64,000 bases of DNA, taken from contig NMRA01000372.1 in assembly GCA_002633005.1 (NCBI GenBank), forward strand, positions 39,098-103,097, written 5' to 3'. This DNA is from Phoronis australis. Taxonomy: Eukaryota > Animalia > Phoronida. Below the pieces are notes generated by a model that had not been told where the DNA came from, made no database searches, and saw only the letters and a program-made list of their open reading frames with translations. A program made the position numbers and the translations under genes. This document shows, piece after piece, positions 51,361 through 63,074 of this stretch. Each line of letters opens with the position of its first letter. Position 1 is the first letter of the stretch.

Positions 51361-51503
51361 CAGTGGCGGATTTAGAAGGGAGCCCACCTAAAATTCTCCC
51401 AGATTCCATTTGGCAGTTCGGGAGTGCGAAAGTCTGACGGGCAAAATCCTGGCTAATACACTGCCCTTCCCCTCCCTAACTCATAATCCTGGATCCGCCC
51501 CTG
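51361..51503 (+). mobile_element. hAT-type MITE (TSD CAAAC/CATAC)
   Basis: CAGTGGCGGATTT...GGATCCGCCCCTG. Confidence 0.75.
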
Positions 51504-51713
51504 CATACCGTACCAACAACGTATTTGATTAAAACTGCCTTTCTTTCTTCACAAAACCTAAGAATGTATAGTGCAAACCCATGAGAAATAGAACATTCTG
51601 CCCAATAAAATTCAGACAACATATATTAGAAGACACATGCAAGGATTGCAAAAAGTGTCACCTAGAAAGTATCATGCCACACGGAACGATTGATATAATT
51701 AATTTGTTTTCAG

Positions 51714-51750
51714 CCTGACAAGAAATGTGAAGTCATAGACTCTGGATCAG
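51714..51750 (+). CDS. IL-17R-like gene, exon 2 (PDKKCEVIDSGS)
   Basis: TTGTTTTCAG acceptor, CAG|GTAACA donor, 37 nt; phases 0->1 bridge exons 1 and 3. Confidence 0.7.
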
Positions 51751-52859
51751 GTAACAATTCAGTCTCTTACATCGTAACCCATTTAAACATTTTTTCTGCT
51801 GGATTTGTCTAGTTATATTTGCAAAGACAAGATACTAATTTTTGGAGATGTTTTATTATTGAAGTTTTAAATGTTGCTTTCCTCAGTTACAGCTCTCTCA
51901 GTTTCAGTGAATCATAGGCAAAGCGACTGTCGGTGTTTCCATGAACACGAATGTGTTGTACACTTTATACCGGTAGATGGCATTCTGAATGCCGAAGCCA
52001 TTTCGAGTAACAGGTGTGCTGTGCAAACGTTGACTTCGCAAACAAAGTTAAAGCTGATAAATTTTGATAGTGTTTGTTAAATTCAAAACGTTTTAATTTT
52101 CACGCAAGCTTTATGACTTATCTACGAGATTTACCATATTATTTGCGTTACCCTGTGTTGTAGACAGAATCCTAGGAATTGTTTAGGTAATTTTTACAGA
52201 AATTATTTGCATTGATCCGTTGTGGCCCCATGCCATCGAGAATACCCACTAGGTTCTGCAGACCCTATCCGTAGACCTTTAAAATGCTCTTGTCAGACAT
52301 GTGCGAGGCAGTTTAAAAATTACGCGCTAAAGCACAAGCTTCAGTATTGTCACTGACATGGTCTAAAACAGTCTGGCTTGGAATTTGAATTGAGTAAATA
52401 TTCAAAGCCTTGCTCATAAGTAATTTTCCTGGAATTTTGTGGCGCACAGAATCCCAGCAAATGGGTGTCTCAATCCAAAAGTGAAAATTAGCTTGAAAAT
52501 ACGGGACTTATTCTCACCCATCTCCACGTGGGAACGGCACTAGTAGGTGCAGGATAAAGTCGCTGTATAAGTTTTGCCTAACTGACTTCAAACTGCTACA
52601 ACCACGCTCAGCGCATGCGCTCTGTGGCAATTCAAATTGCGGAGCCTTGTCTGAAACCAAAAGGCACTTCCCGTTCTGAAATCATTTCTAATTTGACTAA
52701 GAGGCAAACTGAGACCAATTTTATAAAACGAAAAGTTGTTTTTGCAATGGAAGACGGGGTTGTAGCCGCTTAAAGCACTGGGGTCAGAAGGCAGCTATTA
52801 GTTTACTCTTTTGAAAGGTGAGAACACAGTTGTGTAATATTTTCCCCACACCTATTTAG

Positions 52860-53009
52860 CCTGTACAGGACAAGGTCCAGCATACGGTCATCTTTCCGGA
52901 CCATGGCCAGGAGCTCCTCGAAACTTCAGCATTCTTCCGTACGTGCGACAAGACGAAAGTAAAAAGTACAATTCTGGGTTTATATTCACATGGGATGGAC
53001 CAGAAAATG
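52860..53009 (+). CDS. IL-17R-like gene, exon 3 (ACTGQGPAYGHLSGPWPGAPRNFSILPY...GFIFTWDGPEN)
   Basis: FnIII-like P..P.N....Y...TW..P pattern; TTTAG acceptor, GTAAAA donor, 150 nt, phases 1->1. Confidence 0.8.
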
Positions 53010-53742
53010 GTAAAACGTTAAGAATGTTATAATATTCGTAATACTGCTATAGGTAATGACGGTGAAGCCGATGGTGATGATGATTATGATTAATGTGATT
53101 GTAATGATGATGGGGACGAAGATGATGATTATGATGATGGCGAAGTGAAGTACCCAGACTCCAAAGTTCTTCTCGATGTAAAAAGCGATGATTAAGTGAG
53201 GAATTTATTTTGAAAAATGCCGATTGTAGTTAAGTAATCAATGCAAATGGCTTATTTGACAAGACTTCAAAAACGAAAACAACAGGCGCCGATTTTATAT
53301 TTTAAATTTATTTAGTCCACCACGGAAGTCAAGTTACGACACGGCGTTTGTCTAAAAGAATGCTTACGTGACAGTGTGTACATTAATTAACACAGCAGTT
53401 CTAGGGTACTATCACCATAGCAATGTTTGATATACATATGAAGTGACACCCAGGCCGGATTCAGTTCACGGCGGTTGCCGCAAAAAGGGACAACCGGCCA
53501 CATCTTGTTAACAGATTTTCGTAGTGGAAACATCTCACTTGTACAAGTTCAAATTCTATTGATTAGGTTCACGCAAACTTTTGATTGGTTGATTGATTAA
53601 TTTAGCATCGACTCGTCGTACAATATTGTATCGCTTTATATTTTATTGTACGATACCTAATGTAGACAGACAACCTCATGCTTTTTGCATCATTATTGAT
53701 TGTTTTAAGACAACTAAATCCCGTTGAACCATGGTTTTGCAG

Positions 53743-53879
53743 CTTCGCTAACAAAACCTACTGGATTCGAGTTAAAGTTAAAGGCTGTAGGGTACGGATG
53801 GGGTTCAAGTTGGTGCAGACTTTTCAACATGTCTCAAGCCTCGTGGAATACGTCCAGTTACAACTACGAAGGACCGGAA
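53743..53879 (+). CDS. IL-17R-like gene, exon 4 (ASLTKPTGFELKLKAVGYGWGSSWCRLFNMSQASWNTSSYNYEGPE)
   Basis: TTTTGCAG acceptor, GTAAGT donor, 137 nt, phases 1->0. Further in-frame donors follow 53936 and 53993. Confidence 0.8.
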
Positions 53880-54229
53880 GTAAGTATATGTCGGTCGTTG
53901 CGGAACACGTCCCATTACAACCACGAAAGACCGGAAGTAAGTGTGTGTCGGTCATTGTGGAACACGTCCGATTACAACCACGAGGGTCCAGAAGTAAGTA
54001 CATGTTTGTGTCAGTCCTTGTAAAATACATCCAGTTACAACGACTAAGGTCCGGAAGTAAGTATACGCCAGTCCTTGTGGAGTGCGTCCAGTTACAACCA
54101 CGTAGAACCGGAAGTAAGCATGTTTCGGTCCTTGTGGAATGCGTCCAATTTCAACCACTAAAGCCCTGATGTTAATCTCCGATCTCGTGGAATACACCCA
54201 GTTTCAACCATTAAGGGCCAGCAGTATGT
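53838..54229 (+). repeat. Tandem array of about 7 copies of a ~57-bp unit spanning an exon end and its 5' splice site
   Basis: Unit consensus approximately CCTTGTGGAATACGTCCAGTTACAACCACGAAGGACCGGAA|GTAAGTATATGTCGGT; donor spacings of 57, 57, 63 and 57 nt. Confidence 0.92.
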
Positions 54230-54753
54230 ATTTTTTAAAAAAACAAAACAAAACAAAAAAGCGTTTGCTTAATCGTCAGACATCCAAGAAGTCAGGATCT
54301 GCTCGGTGTTAATAAAGCTATCCTTCTGTTGCTACTCACAATGGCATCGCAAATTTAAAAAACATATTTAATGACAATTAAGCTTAAAGTCCTGATTTCA
54401 AATGGACATGATATTGTGGAAGGGTTTTTGGCCAGTCCCGGCTAAGATTTTCCGAATAATTTTGTGACTCGCGAGTGCTTGGACTTTCGTTATGGGCACC
54501 ATAATAAAGTCCCATCACGACCTGGAGATGTTTGAGACCTAGTTTGTAAATGCAAATGGTCTAAATTTAATTTTGGTTATTCGGACAACTGAGCAAATGG
54601 AAATGCAGATTTCAGTTTTATATGTCTGCAGAGACCAACTGACTGGCCTACACCAGCTAGTGGTTTAGTATCTGCAGCTAACTACCATACAGCTGTAGCT
54701 GCAGTACCAGCAAATTTCAGTGTTCCACGCTCATAAATACAGCTTATTTGCAG

Positions 54754-54889
54754 TTCGAATATGATCTAGACATGGACGACGACAGGCAGACGTACCACGT
54801 GACTTTCTACAGTCTTCCCAGGGGTCCTCCCAACTGGAAGCGGAACTACGTTGATACCTGGTGGACGAGGATACCCAAGCCTGCCTGGA
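54754..54889 (+). CDS. IL-17R-like gene, exon 5 (FEYDLDMDDDRQTYHVTFYSLPRGPPNWK...KPAW)
   Basis: Y.V...SLP motif recalled from IL-17R ectodomains; TTTGCAG/GTAAGT boundaries; 136 nt, phases 0->1. Confidence 0.82.
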
Positions 54890-55519
54890 GTAAGTTTTAT
54901 TCGTTTGATATTTGTCAGTAATCAGCACAATGTCATTTTTATCTTAAGGAAATGCAATCAGTCAGGGAAAATCATAGGAGTTTGTTAGGAATAAAACTTA
55001 GTAAGCACGTGCGCCGCGTGGGAATCTCTTTCGTACTACACTACATACACAGTATAGAACCGGAACGGGCATTATTATCCCTTTACTGCTTAATATGCCA
55101 GTATTGAAACCCATGCAGTAGTGTATGAAGCTGTGCGCATGTCCGAATTGGGCACAATGCATTTACGTGAAACTCTTGTGTATAAAACCAATGTGAAGGT
55201 TTTAAACATGCAGTGATGGTTCACGGATGAGTTGCAAAGGGTTAGTGTTGATGTGTTTTCAAATCAAGACGAATAGTAAACGTACAAAGAATGGGTAAAA
55301 AACACAAAACATTCAATTGTGGATATGCCTGGATGCGAGACACTTGCGCAAAAAGAATTTCGAAACAACAGCATTATTTTGGATATTGATGCATAGACGT
55401 CTATACTGTCATAACATACGGTATTCACTTGTACGCTGCACATCTAAAGTAAAAACTAAATGGCCAACACGGATCTTAACTAACAATCACATACTTATTT
55501 CGCTACCATTTCATTCAAG

Positions 55520-55698
55520 GCGAGGATGTAGCTAACAACATATTCTGGCAGTCGACCGTTGTTGTTCGTTGGATTCCACAAAATCACGAATTGCGAGTGT
55601 TCTTCACTAAAGCTCCAGATAGCTACAGATTCCCGGCATACGTAGTGGGACTTCGAAACAGGTCCTATGCTCTTATCCAGGAACACACGGTACAAGCA
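55520..55698 (+). CDS. IL-17R-like gene, exon 6 (...FWQSTVVVRWIPQNHELRVFFTKAPDSYRFPAYVVGL...)
   Basis: W...V.......V.F..AP..Y.F..Y.V.L pattern typical of the second ectodomain module of invertebrate IL-17R-like proteins; 179 nt, phases 1->0, GTAAGT donor. Confidence 0.82.
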
Positions 55699-57151
55699 GT
55701 AAGTCTATTCTTCAGATAACGAACGTCGGATACAAAAAACTTCTGGGTTCTGTTTCGTCTGAAGACAGAAATTTGATGTTACGCTCCCACTTAACAAATG
55801 CTGAAAATTTATCCATTAGTGATTATGAACATATCACAGTCTAAAACTCTTTATGGAAACTGTCTGGGTAACTTCATGTAGCAGTTATGTGTATATTCTC
55901 AGAGATTTTGCACTTTTCTCAAGTGAGATTTAATTATTTTACCGAAATAGTTGTGTGGAGCGTAAGACCCAATTTCGGAATTAAGTCCAGTCATTTTCCT
56001 GGTATAAATACGTTGTCAGTCTGAATAGGTAGATCATTTTGCTGAAACGACCTTCGAAGCAAACATGCCGTTAAACCATAGACATGGACCGCCAACTCCG
56101 TATATTTTCAATGGTCGAAATCTGTGAGCCTAGGCATAACCCGTGACGTCACTATTCACTAGCAATACCTGGCAAAATAAGCAAGTTTTACTTCCGGTAA
56201 GTACGTTGTCTGCTAATCATGATCGGCTGTTGTGTGGTCGGGCGTCAAAGGTTCTCACGATACTAACGATTCTATTGAAAGACTTTCAGCAGCGTTTCAT
56301 TGCCGAAATTATTTTTTTTTCGTTGTATTAGACAGTAAAAAAGATGAGAGAATTTCCCGTCACAATACACTAACCGTAAACTGAAATTGGTAATTTAGGA
56401 GAGTGGCGCCTCCTCTAGGATACTACGCAAGAAAATGTCGGAAGTTGCGAATATGTTGTCTGTGATGTATGGTTAAACAACGAGTCTGGACATATGTAGA
56501 TCTACATGTAGAGTTAGGGGCACACTGTTGCTCATGCAGAGTTATGCAAAATGCAGGCAAAACAAGAAAAATCCTGGCAGCACAGGATCTAATGGAAAAA
56601 ACACCACAGAAACCGCAGCGACAGGGAAATACTCAGAGAAGAAAATATTCACTCCTGAGAATTGGTGGCGACCGTCTGAAGCATGCGCGCACCCAGCCTT
56701 CAATATGGTGGGGCTCGAATTCCTAACATTGTGGACCTTTTGGTTGCAAAATTGCCGGCGAACAAACAAAAAGGGCCCACCACTGTGAATTGCGCGTTGT
56801 GTGCTTGTTTAGTGGACTTTTGTCTCATTTTCTCGAACTTTTTGTTTCTCACACATGGACCTTTTTGCCCACTTCGCCAATTGGGGGCTCGTTCGAGCCC
56901 CCCCCCCGAGCNGGGGGGGTAGGGCGACGTTGACGGCGTCCGAAGGTGACCTTCTTACGTGCATGTTCGGCAAACAAAATCAAATGCTTCATAGTTTGTG
57001 TCTGCTTGATCCTAGTCATTAATACGCATTGCTGAAGTGTCAAACTTGGGTATCACTGGTAGTGGGTCATGGCGATACTATGAACTTCAAAGGTTGCAAT
57101 ATTTGAGTCCAGTTTCTCTTAACTTAAATATTGTGTTGTTTATACATGTAG

Positions 57152-57217
57152 GTACTATCTACTGAAGTACAGTCGACCTCCATCGTTGGGGTCTGTCCTG
57201 GGGTGCATGACGTAACT
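57152..57217 (+). CDS. IL-17R-like gene, exon 7 (VLSTEVQSTSIVGVCPGVHDVT)
   Basis: TAG acceptor, GTGAGT donor, 66 nt, phases 0->0; supplies the FnIII-like V.PG...V strand. Confidence 0.7.
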
Positions 57218-58037
57218 GTGAGTATTTGAACATTTACAATTTGTAAAAAGTCGAAGTCTTAGCTTCGAAATTCTCAGTCGGGAGATACGAGTTCAAATTT
57301 AATTTTGCAGTGCGTATAGGTGTGTAATACTCTGAGTGTGAATGGGTGCAAAGGTATGAATGAAAACCTCGATGACAAGCGAAAACTAGTTCCGAGGGAT
57401 GTACATGTAAAATGTTTAAAGAAGTCCTTTAGTGCAAATCTTTGTGACGGTATGATTCCATTAAAGCGGAGTTTGTGACAAAAGGCGGCCCTGGCATGCG
57501 ATTGATTTTTAACTGTGGCACTGCTAATTGCTATGTGAATTAAACTGACAATTGCCTTGTGGGTATTATTGCATTGTGAAAAATTGCCATGCTATGAGTT
57601 GTCAGAACACTATAAGTAATGTATGTACAACGTACGCGCCTACATGGATTTTAACCCATGCGCCTGTATGTGAAGGGTGCCTATATACAAATTAGGTGTA
57701 TGCACCCATTTGTGAAACAACTGTAATGAATAAAACAGATAAGCCAAGTTTAAAAGTATTATGCATGGAAATTGGATTATCAGTTGAGAAAAGAAGAACT
57801 AAGGTTGAATAAACATTCACGAAAATATGCAGTTTGAGGCATGCGCATATGCAAGTTCTGTCAATAAGTGCAAACTTAGATATACGAGTCTACATGCGAC
57901 ATATTCGAGCATTATTTCGTATACAAGAGCATCATCTTAAATACGAGTATATACATACATGGGAAGGTACCTCCACATTAACCGTGTTCGAAATCTCGCT
58001 TAAAGTACACAATCAGAGTCATTGTATTTTTTTCCAG

Positions 58038-58164
58038 ATCAGGCCTCATGACCCCGACCCTAAGAACGAACGAGGTGAATGTGTCTGCACTTACCGCGGC
58101 GGATGTATAGAGACGTCACGTGGTACCTGTTACACAACCATAGTTTCCAGGGTGTTTCTTGAAG
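58038..58164 (+). CDS. IL-17R-like gene, exon 8 (IRPHDPDPKNERGECVCTYRGGCIETSRGTCYTTIVSRVFLE)
   Basis: Strong acceptor TTTTTTTCCAG, donor AAG|GTAACC; C.C.....C.......C..T cysteine cluster; 127 nt, phases 0->1. Confidence 0.82.
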
Positions 58165-59049
58165 GTAACCGCATTTAGGGAACACACATGTACCTTTACA
58201 ATGTATTCGAAACACGATCTTCCGTGTTAGCTTCGGAGTGTTTGAGGTTTGTTACTCCTATCGTACCTACACACGGAGCTATTGATACCTATGGACAAGG
58301 TATCTTTTCTGTCCCTATTTTCTAAACCTGAATAGTAACTTCTGAATGTCAAATTATCCTCGGTGCGCCTCTTCTGCAAGAATTACATGTATGTATCCTC
58401 TGACCTTATGTGGTCTGCCAATAGAAAGAGTACGTGATCTACAAAATGCAAGTATTCAAACAAACATATATACTAGGAATAGACAGTGCACAACTTGTAT
58501 AATAATTGTTAGTTAATTAGGCCTACTTAATTCATTCTCTTTTCCGCCGGGGCAACTGCTAAGACGTGGATGGTTTGTAAACCGGAAGTCGTCACCGAAA
58601 ACCAAATCAAAATCTTATAGCTGGGTGACCCGGATGAATCGACCAGTGAGTCAAGTGCATCCATTGCAACAACTATCCAATAAGACGACATTCTTGTTGT
58701 CAAGCTTCCAAAAACAAAATCAGAACTTTAGTAGAACATTGACTCCTTCAAAATTGGCTTCAAATTGTTCTTTTTTTCTAAAGTAGGACTCAAAGTTTCC
58801 CTTGCCTTGAAGAAAATTCAGAGAGTTTATTTGCCGACAATTACGCTTCTGAAAATTACATGAATACCAGGTCTGCCGAACTGATAGTCTAGAAATTCAT
58901 ATCGCGTTATTTTCCAATTCCAAATAATTGTTAAAACCAGTAAATCTTTAAATCCATTTGGTTCAGGTGTCGGTTCGCATATTGTATTACATTTAACGTT
59001 GACGTTTCCCTGTACTGAAGTCCGCTGTAACTATCTTCTTACAACGCAG

Positions 59050-59316
59050 GTGAACCATGTCCTGTCAAGGACACCACCACGTCGACAGAAACCATGACAA
59101 CTGCGCAACCACGATTTGAAACATCCGCAGCAGGCATTCACAATACATCAGCTATCTACACTAACCTCACGGCCGCCGGAGACAATTTGGCTGACGATTC
59201 GAAAGAATATTTTGATGGTCTTTTGGTTGGAATTCTCACTTCTTCTGCAGTAGTTGTTGTTATGGCGATTTCAATCGCAGCAATGATGTACATGCGCCGA
59301 CACAAGAGTAGCCTTG
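59050..59316 (+). CDS. IL-17R-like gene, exon 9: Thr-rich stalk, transmembrane helix (GLLVGILTSSAVVVVMAISIAAMMYM) and basic stop-transfer RRHK
   Basis: CGCAG phase-1 acceptor in frame with ORF 59094-59402. The donor TTG|GTACCC is weak, so the 3' boundary is uncertain. Confidence 0.75.
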
Positions 59317-59789
59317 GTACCCTTTTTCGATATCCTTCAATTATATGTACTTCCCCGTTTTTACCCTGTGATATAATTATTACTTGTTTCCAACGAATGT
59401 AAACTCACCTCAGCTCAATAGGTAGCAAACTGTTGTCTAGACAAAGTACATGTAGGTGTGGTATCTGAGCTGAGATATAACTGAGAGTTCGTTTTTTGTT
59501 TAAGACCGGGCTCTGCAAATAGAGTGTAACAGCTTGCCATTCATTCACTGATCATGACGTAGCTGTAGAGGAATAAAGAAAAATGCCAGTTTTTTGCAAA
59601 GCTGGATCTCTCATTTGAGTGCCAATTTTATAGCGGTAAGTAAGCTAGAAAATGTACGCTTCCTCGAAGAGAACATGTCCTATGCAGGATACTCAGACAG
59701 CGCCCACCGCTGGACTGGCAGTGCTACCCACGTCTGCCAAGATGGGGCCAGCTAGAGCCTGATTCTTCCGTTTCTGACTTTTTCGTCAG

Positions 59790-59812
59790 ATAATGCAGAC
59801 CTTATTCCATGA
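59790..59812 (+). CDS. IL-17R-like gene, candidate terminal exon (DNADLIP*)
   Basis: CTGAC branch-like motif, pyrimidine tract and CAG; phase 1 gives a stop after 7 codons (about 399 aa total). An alternative acceptor at 60077 gives about 32 aa then a stop. Confidence 0.35.
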
Positions 59813-60505
59813 ACAGTTGAGTTTTACAACTTTCATCATATTTTACCGTTAGCTTGAAGTGCAGGTGTAGATGATGATGAAAGCACGCTGTACCGTGGAC
59901 CCGTGATGCCTGTTCACCAGTAGAGACGTCGCATTCCCTTTTCTTAAGACGATAATGAACATGAACGCAGCTGAACTGATTCGCGACACAAATCACCGTT
60001 ACTTTGATTTTTACATGAACTTGAAATCATTCCGCTATCTACATCCCATGTCGCTAACTGTGAGGAATTCTTTCAGGTATTTCCGTTCACCGTAAAGATT
60101 TATCAACGAGCTGCGTGATGAACAACTGGAGTGCATTAAATGATCAAGCTCAATGCGTCATACCAAGTACGTAAAATTTGGGCTAAATGTATATTTTTGT
60201 TTTGACTACCACCATTCCTGCTAATTATCACTCTTTTGTTGCTAAAGTGCGGTAGTAGCCCTTCATTAACACTAACTTTGTTGAAGACGCGACAGCTTAA
60301 TACATACTCGCTCGTAGTCTCTAAACAATATCCTATCTTCAGACTTGCAGCTATGTAGCAAAACACCGAGAGACATAACAGGCAAACAAGTTAAAACGTT
60401 AGCTATATTTCGAGACCACGTGTCTTATCATCAGGCAACAATGAGAGAAATGAACATATAGGAAGCAAACTAAACAGTGAAATAAACAGGTAGAGGGGCA
60501 TATAA

Positions 60506-63074
60506 CAGTGGCAGATCTACGTTTTCAGCAAGGGGGGGTTTAGGATTCCCGCCAAGGTCGAATCCTAGGCGCGTGGCGCCGAGCGGGAGGAGGTCGGGAG
60601 GGAGGTTTCCCCTCCCGTGTAAGAAATTTTTTTGTTTTTGGAGCCAAATAGTGAAATTTCCATGCATCCTTGTAAGTTTCTGGCACTTAACATGTCTCTG
60701 GAGGAGTTTTTCTTAAGATTAAAAACCCTTCTCGATTTCGTCACATGAACTTGGCACATAAGTTTCGTGAAACCATATTGTGCACATCTGGGTATGAGTC
60801 ACGACACCAGCAAAAATTTTTGTTGGAACATCTGCTTACACACACCTTTTTTAGCATACGAAAAGTCGTATACGAAGAAGTGTGGTGTGTATACAGGGGT
60901 TTAGACAATTTCCAAANCGTAGGTGCGTGGCGCCGAGCGGGGGGAGGTCGGGAGGGGGGTTTCCCCTCCCGTGTAAAACATTTTTTTGTTTTTGTAGCCA
61001 AATAATGAAATTTCCACGCATCCTGGTAAGTTTCTGGCACTTAACATGTCTCTGGAGTTTTTCTTAAGATAATTGAAAATCCTTCTCGATTTCATCACGT
61101 GAACTTGGCATATAAGTTTCGTGAAACCATATTGTGCACATCTGGGTATGAGTCACGCCACCAGCAAAAGTTTTTGTTGGAACATCTGCTTACACACACC
61201 TTTTTTAGCATACGAAAAGTCGAATACGAAAAAGTGTGGTGTGTATACAGGGGTTTAGACAATTTCCAAATACTCAAGAGCTTAATTAAGGAGCACCGAC
61301 GGGGCGTAAAAACTTGAATATCAGATGATCGCGTAACAGCAGCTTCAAGTTGTTTAAGAACGAAGACCTGTACTGTTAGTTCGGAAATAGACATGTGTTC
61401 TGTCTCGTCAGTTACGAGAATAACTGGCGAACGATGGTGCTCTCAATTCATAGTCTATTATTAAAAGCGACAATAAATAATTAGGTATCACTTTATTAAG
61501 CTGAATAACGTTGACAACAATTGAAAAACGTCAAATTTATCAGGAAACAAATCATCTGAAAACAGTTTCACGAAACCAAAACATCCTGTGCACAGTGGTG
61601 AAAAGATACACTGGACTAGTTTGCAGAGGGACCAAATGTACACTGAAACTCAACATCTACACAAATCAAGCTGGCCTGGTCCGTCGCGAGACCTAAAGTG
61701 TACTATGCAAAAAATTTTGAATTGAAAACTTCTCTCTAAAATTTTAATCCCCAGTGGTTACTCATACGTTAGTCCTATCCTTCTGTTGTCTAGACTGCCG
61801 AGGAATTTGTATATCGGATCCAATGATTTGCTCGTCTTGGAACCATTCTACCCAGATATCTTCGATGTTTGTTCCCAACGCTTGCACTTCGTCAACTGCT
61901 GTGTCAATGAGCTTGTAAGCCTCTACAATGTCAGCATCTCGTTTCGCAGCTCAGTTGACACTAAGACCCTTGAGGTTGCCAAGTCCATTCAAAAGACTTA
62001 CATGCGCAACTAAATTTGATCCGTTCATCATGGACTACTTCAAACCTTGACGAAGCATCCCAGGACCTATTTGCATCTCTTGCAATTTTCGAAATAAACG
62101 TCCCAATGTCTGAACGCTTGAAACCCGAAGTACTAATATCAAATAAATGCCTATAGGCATGATCATTTCATCGGGTGAGCCTTTCTGCGGAAATTCCCAG
62201 TATAGAAGACGGCAGTGTGCTTATTGCAGGTAGACAGACGGTAGGTGTTGAGGTCGGAACTAGGGCTCCCTAGGAGGCCTATTGAACATCGCACGAGTCC
62301 CACAAGACTTTGTTGTGAAAGAACAGCCTCCCGCAATTTCTGGTACTGCACACTTTTCGCGAATGCGGTCACTTTCGCAATGTGGGTGCCCCCTTGGTCA
62401 TTCCTTGAGTGTGTCTTCAAACGGACTCGCGACCAGACCACGGCGCCCGCCACAATAGCAATTCTTCGGAAAAAGAATTTTTTTTCAAAAATATTACATG
62501 TACATGTACACAATATTACATGTACATGTACATGTACACTGTATGATATTGCGCAAGACAACTTTACTATACATCAGTTACAAACGTATGGAGTGTAATA
62601 GAATGACACGGCATGACAGATGAGGTAAAAACGTTGCACGTCAATTCGCCTGAATATCAGGGTTGCGGCACCGCAGTATTTCCCCTAATCAAATCAAAAC
62701 ATATCTTAGAGTAAAGAAGCTAGTTACCTAAAGAAATCAGCTATAGAACTGCTCTTTCAGCGAGGAATCCATCTAAAATGCTTGGCTACATGTACTTCAG
62801 AAGTGCCGACAGAAGCGCGCGCACAATAAATCCCCGCGCGTTTTGCCGATGAGCCACAAAGACTCAGCAATTCACAATGTAAAAAACTATATTTTCAGAG
62901 TGAACCCCTCCCCCCCCCTCTCAATTTTTTCCAAGTTGGTTTACTTGGGGTTTACACACGCTGGCGGTGCCGTTTTTGTTTTGCTGGAGACGCTTTTGTT
63001 TTTTTTTTTTAATTTTTGGGTCCTGGCCCGAGGGGGGTTTAAACCCCCTGAACCCCCCCGTAGATCCGCAACTG
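60506..63074 (-). mobile_element. Degenerate hAT DNA transposon with 16-bp TIRs, 5-bp TSD (TATAA) and transposase remnants
   Basis: TIRs CAGTGGCAGATCTACG / CGTAGATCCGCAACTG match 14/16. Minus-strand fragments ADIVEAY...IWVEWFQD...DIQIPRQSRQQ (~61770-61990) and FSYSTFRMLKK (~61200-61235) resemble the hAT transposase core and dimerisation domain. Confidence 0.7.
60565..61270. repeat. Direct duplication of about 350 bp across the N at 60917
   Basis: 60565-60916 and 60918-61270 are colinear and highly similar but not identical. Confidence 0.85.

Noticed and set aside
53678-54169. 163-aa repetitive ORF (LVEYVQLQPRRTGSKY repeats) as a separate gene
   Set aside because: It is an alternative frame over receptor exon 4 and the array; it stays open because unit lengths are multiples of 3.
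53838-54229. CRISPR-like array
   Set aside because: The whole unit is repeated with no unique spacers, the context is eukaryotic and intronic, and there are no cas genes. It is explained as an exon-end tandem duplication.
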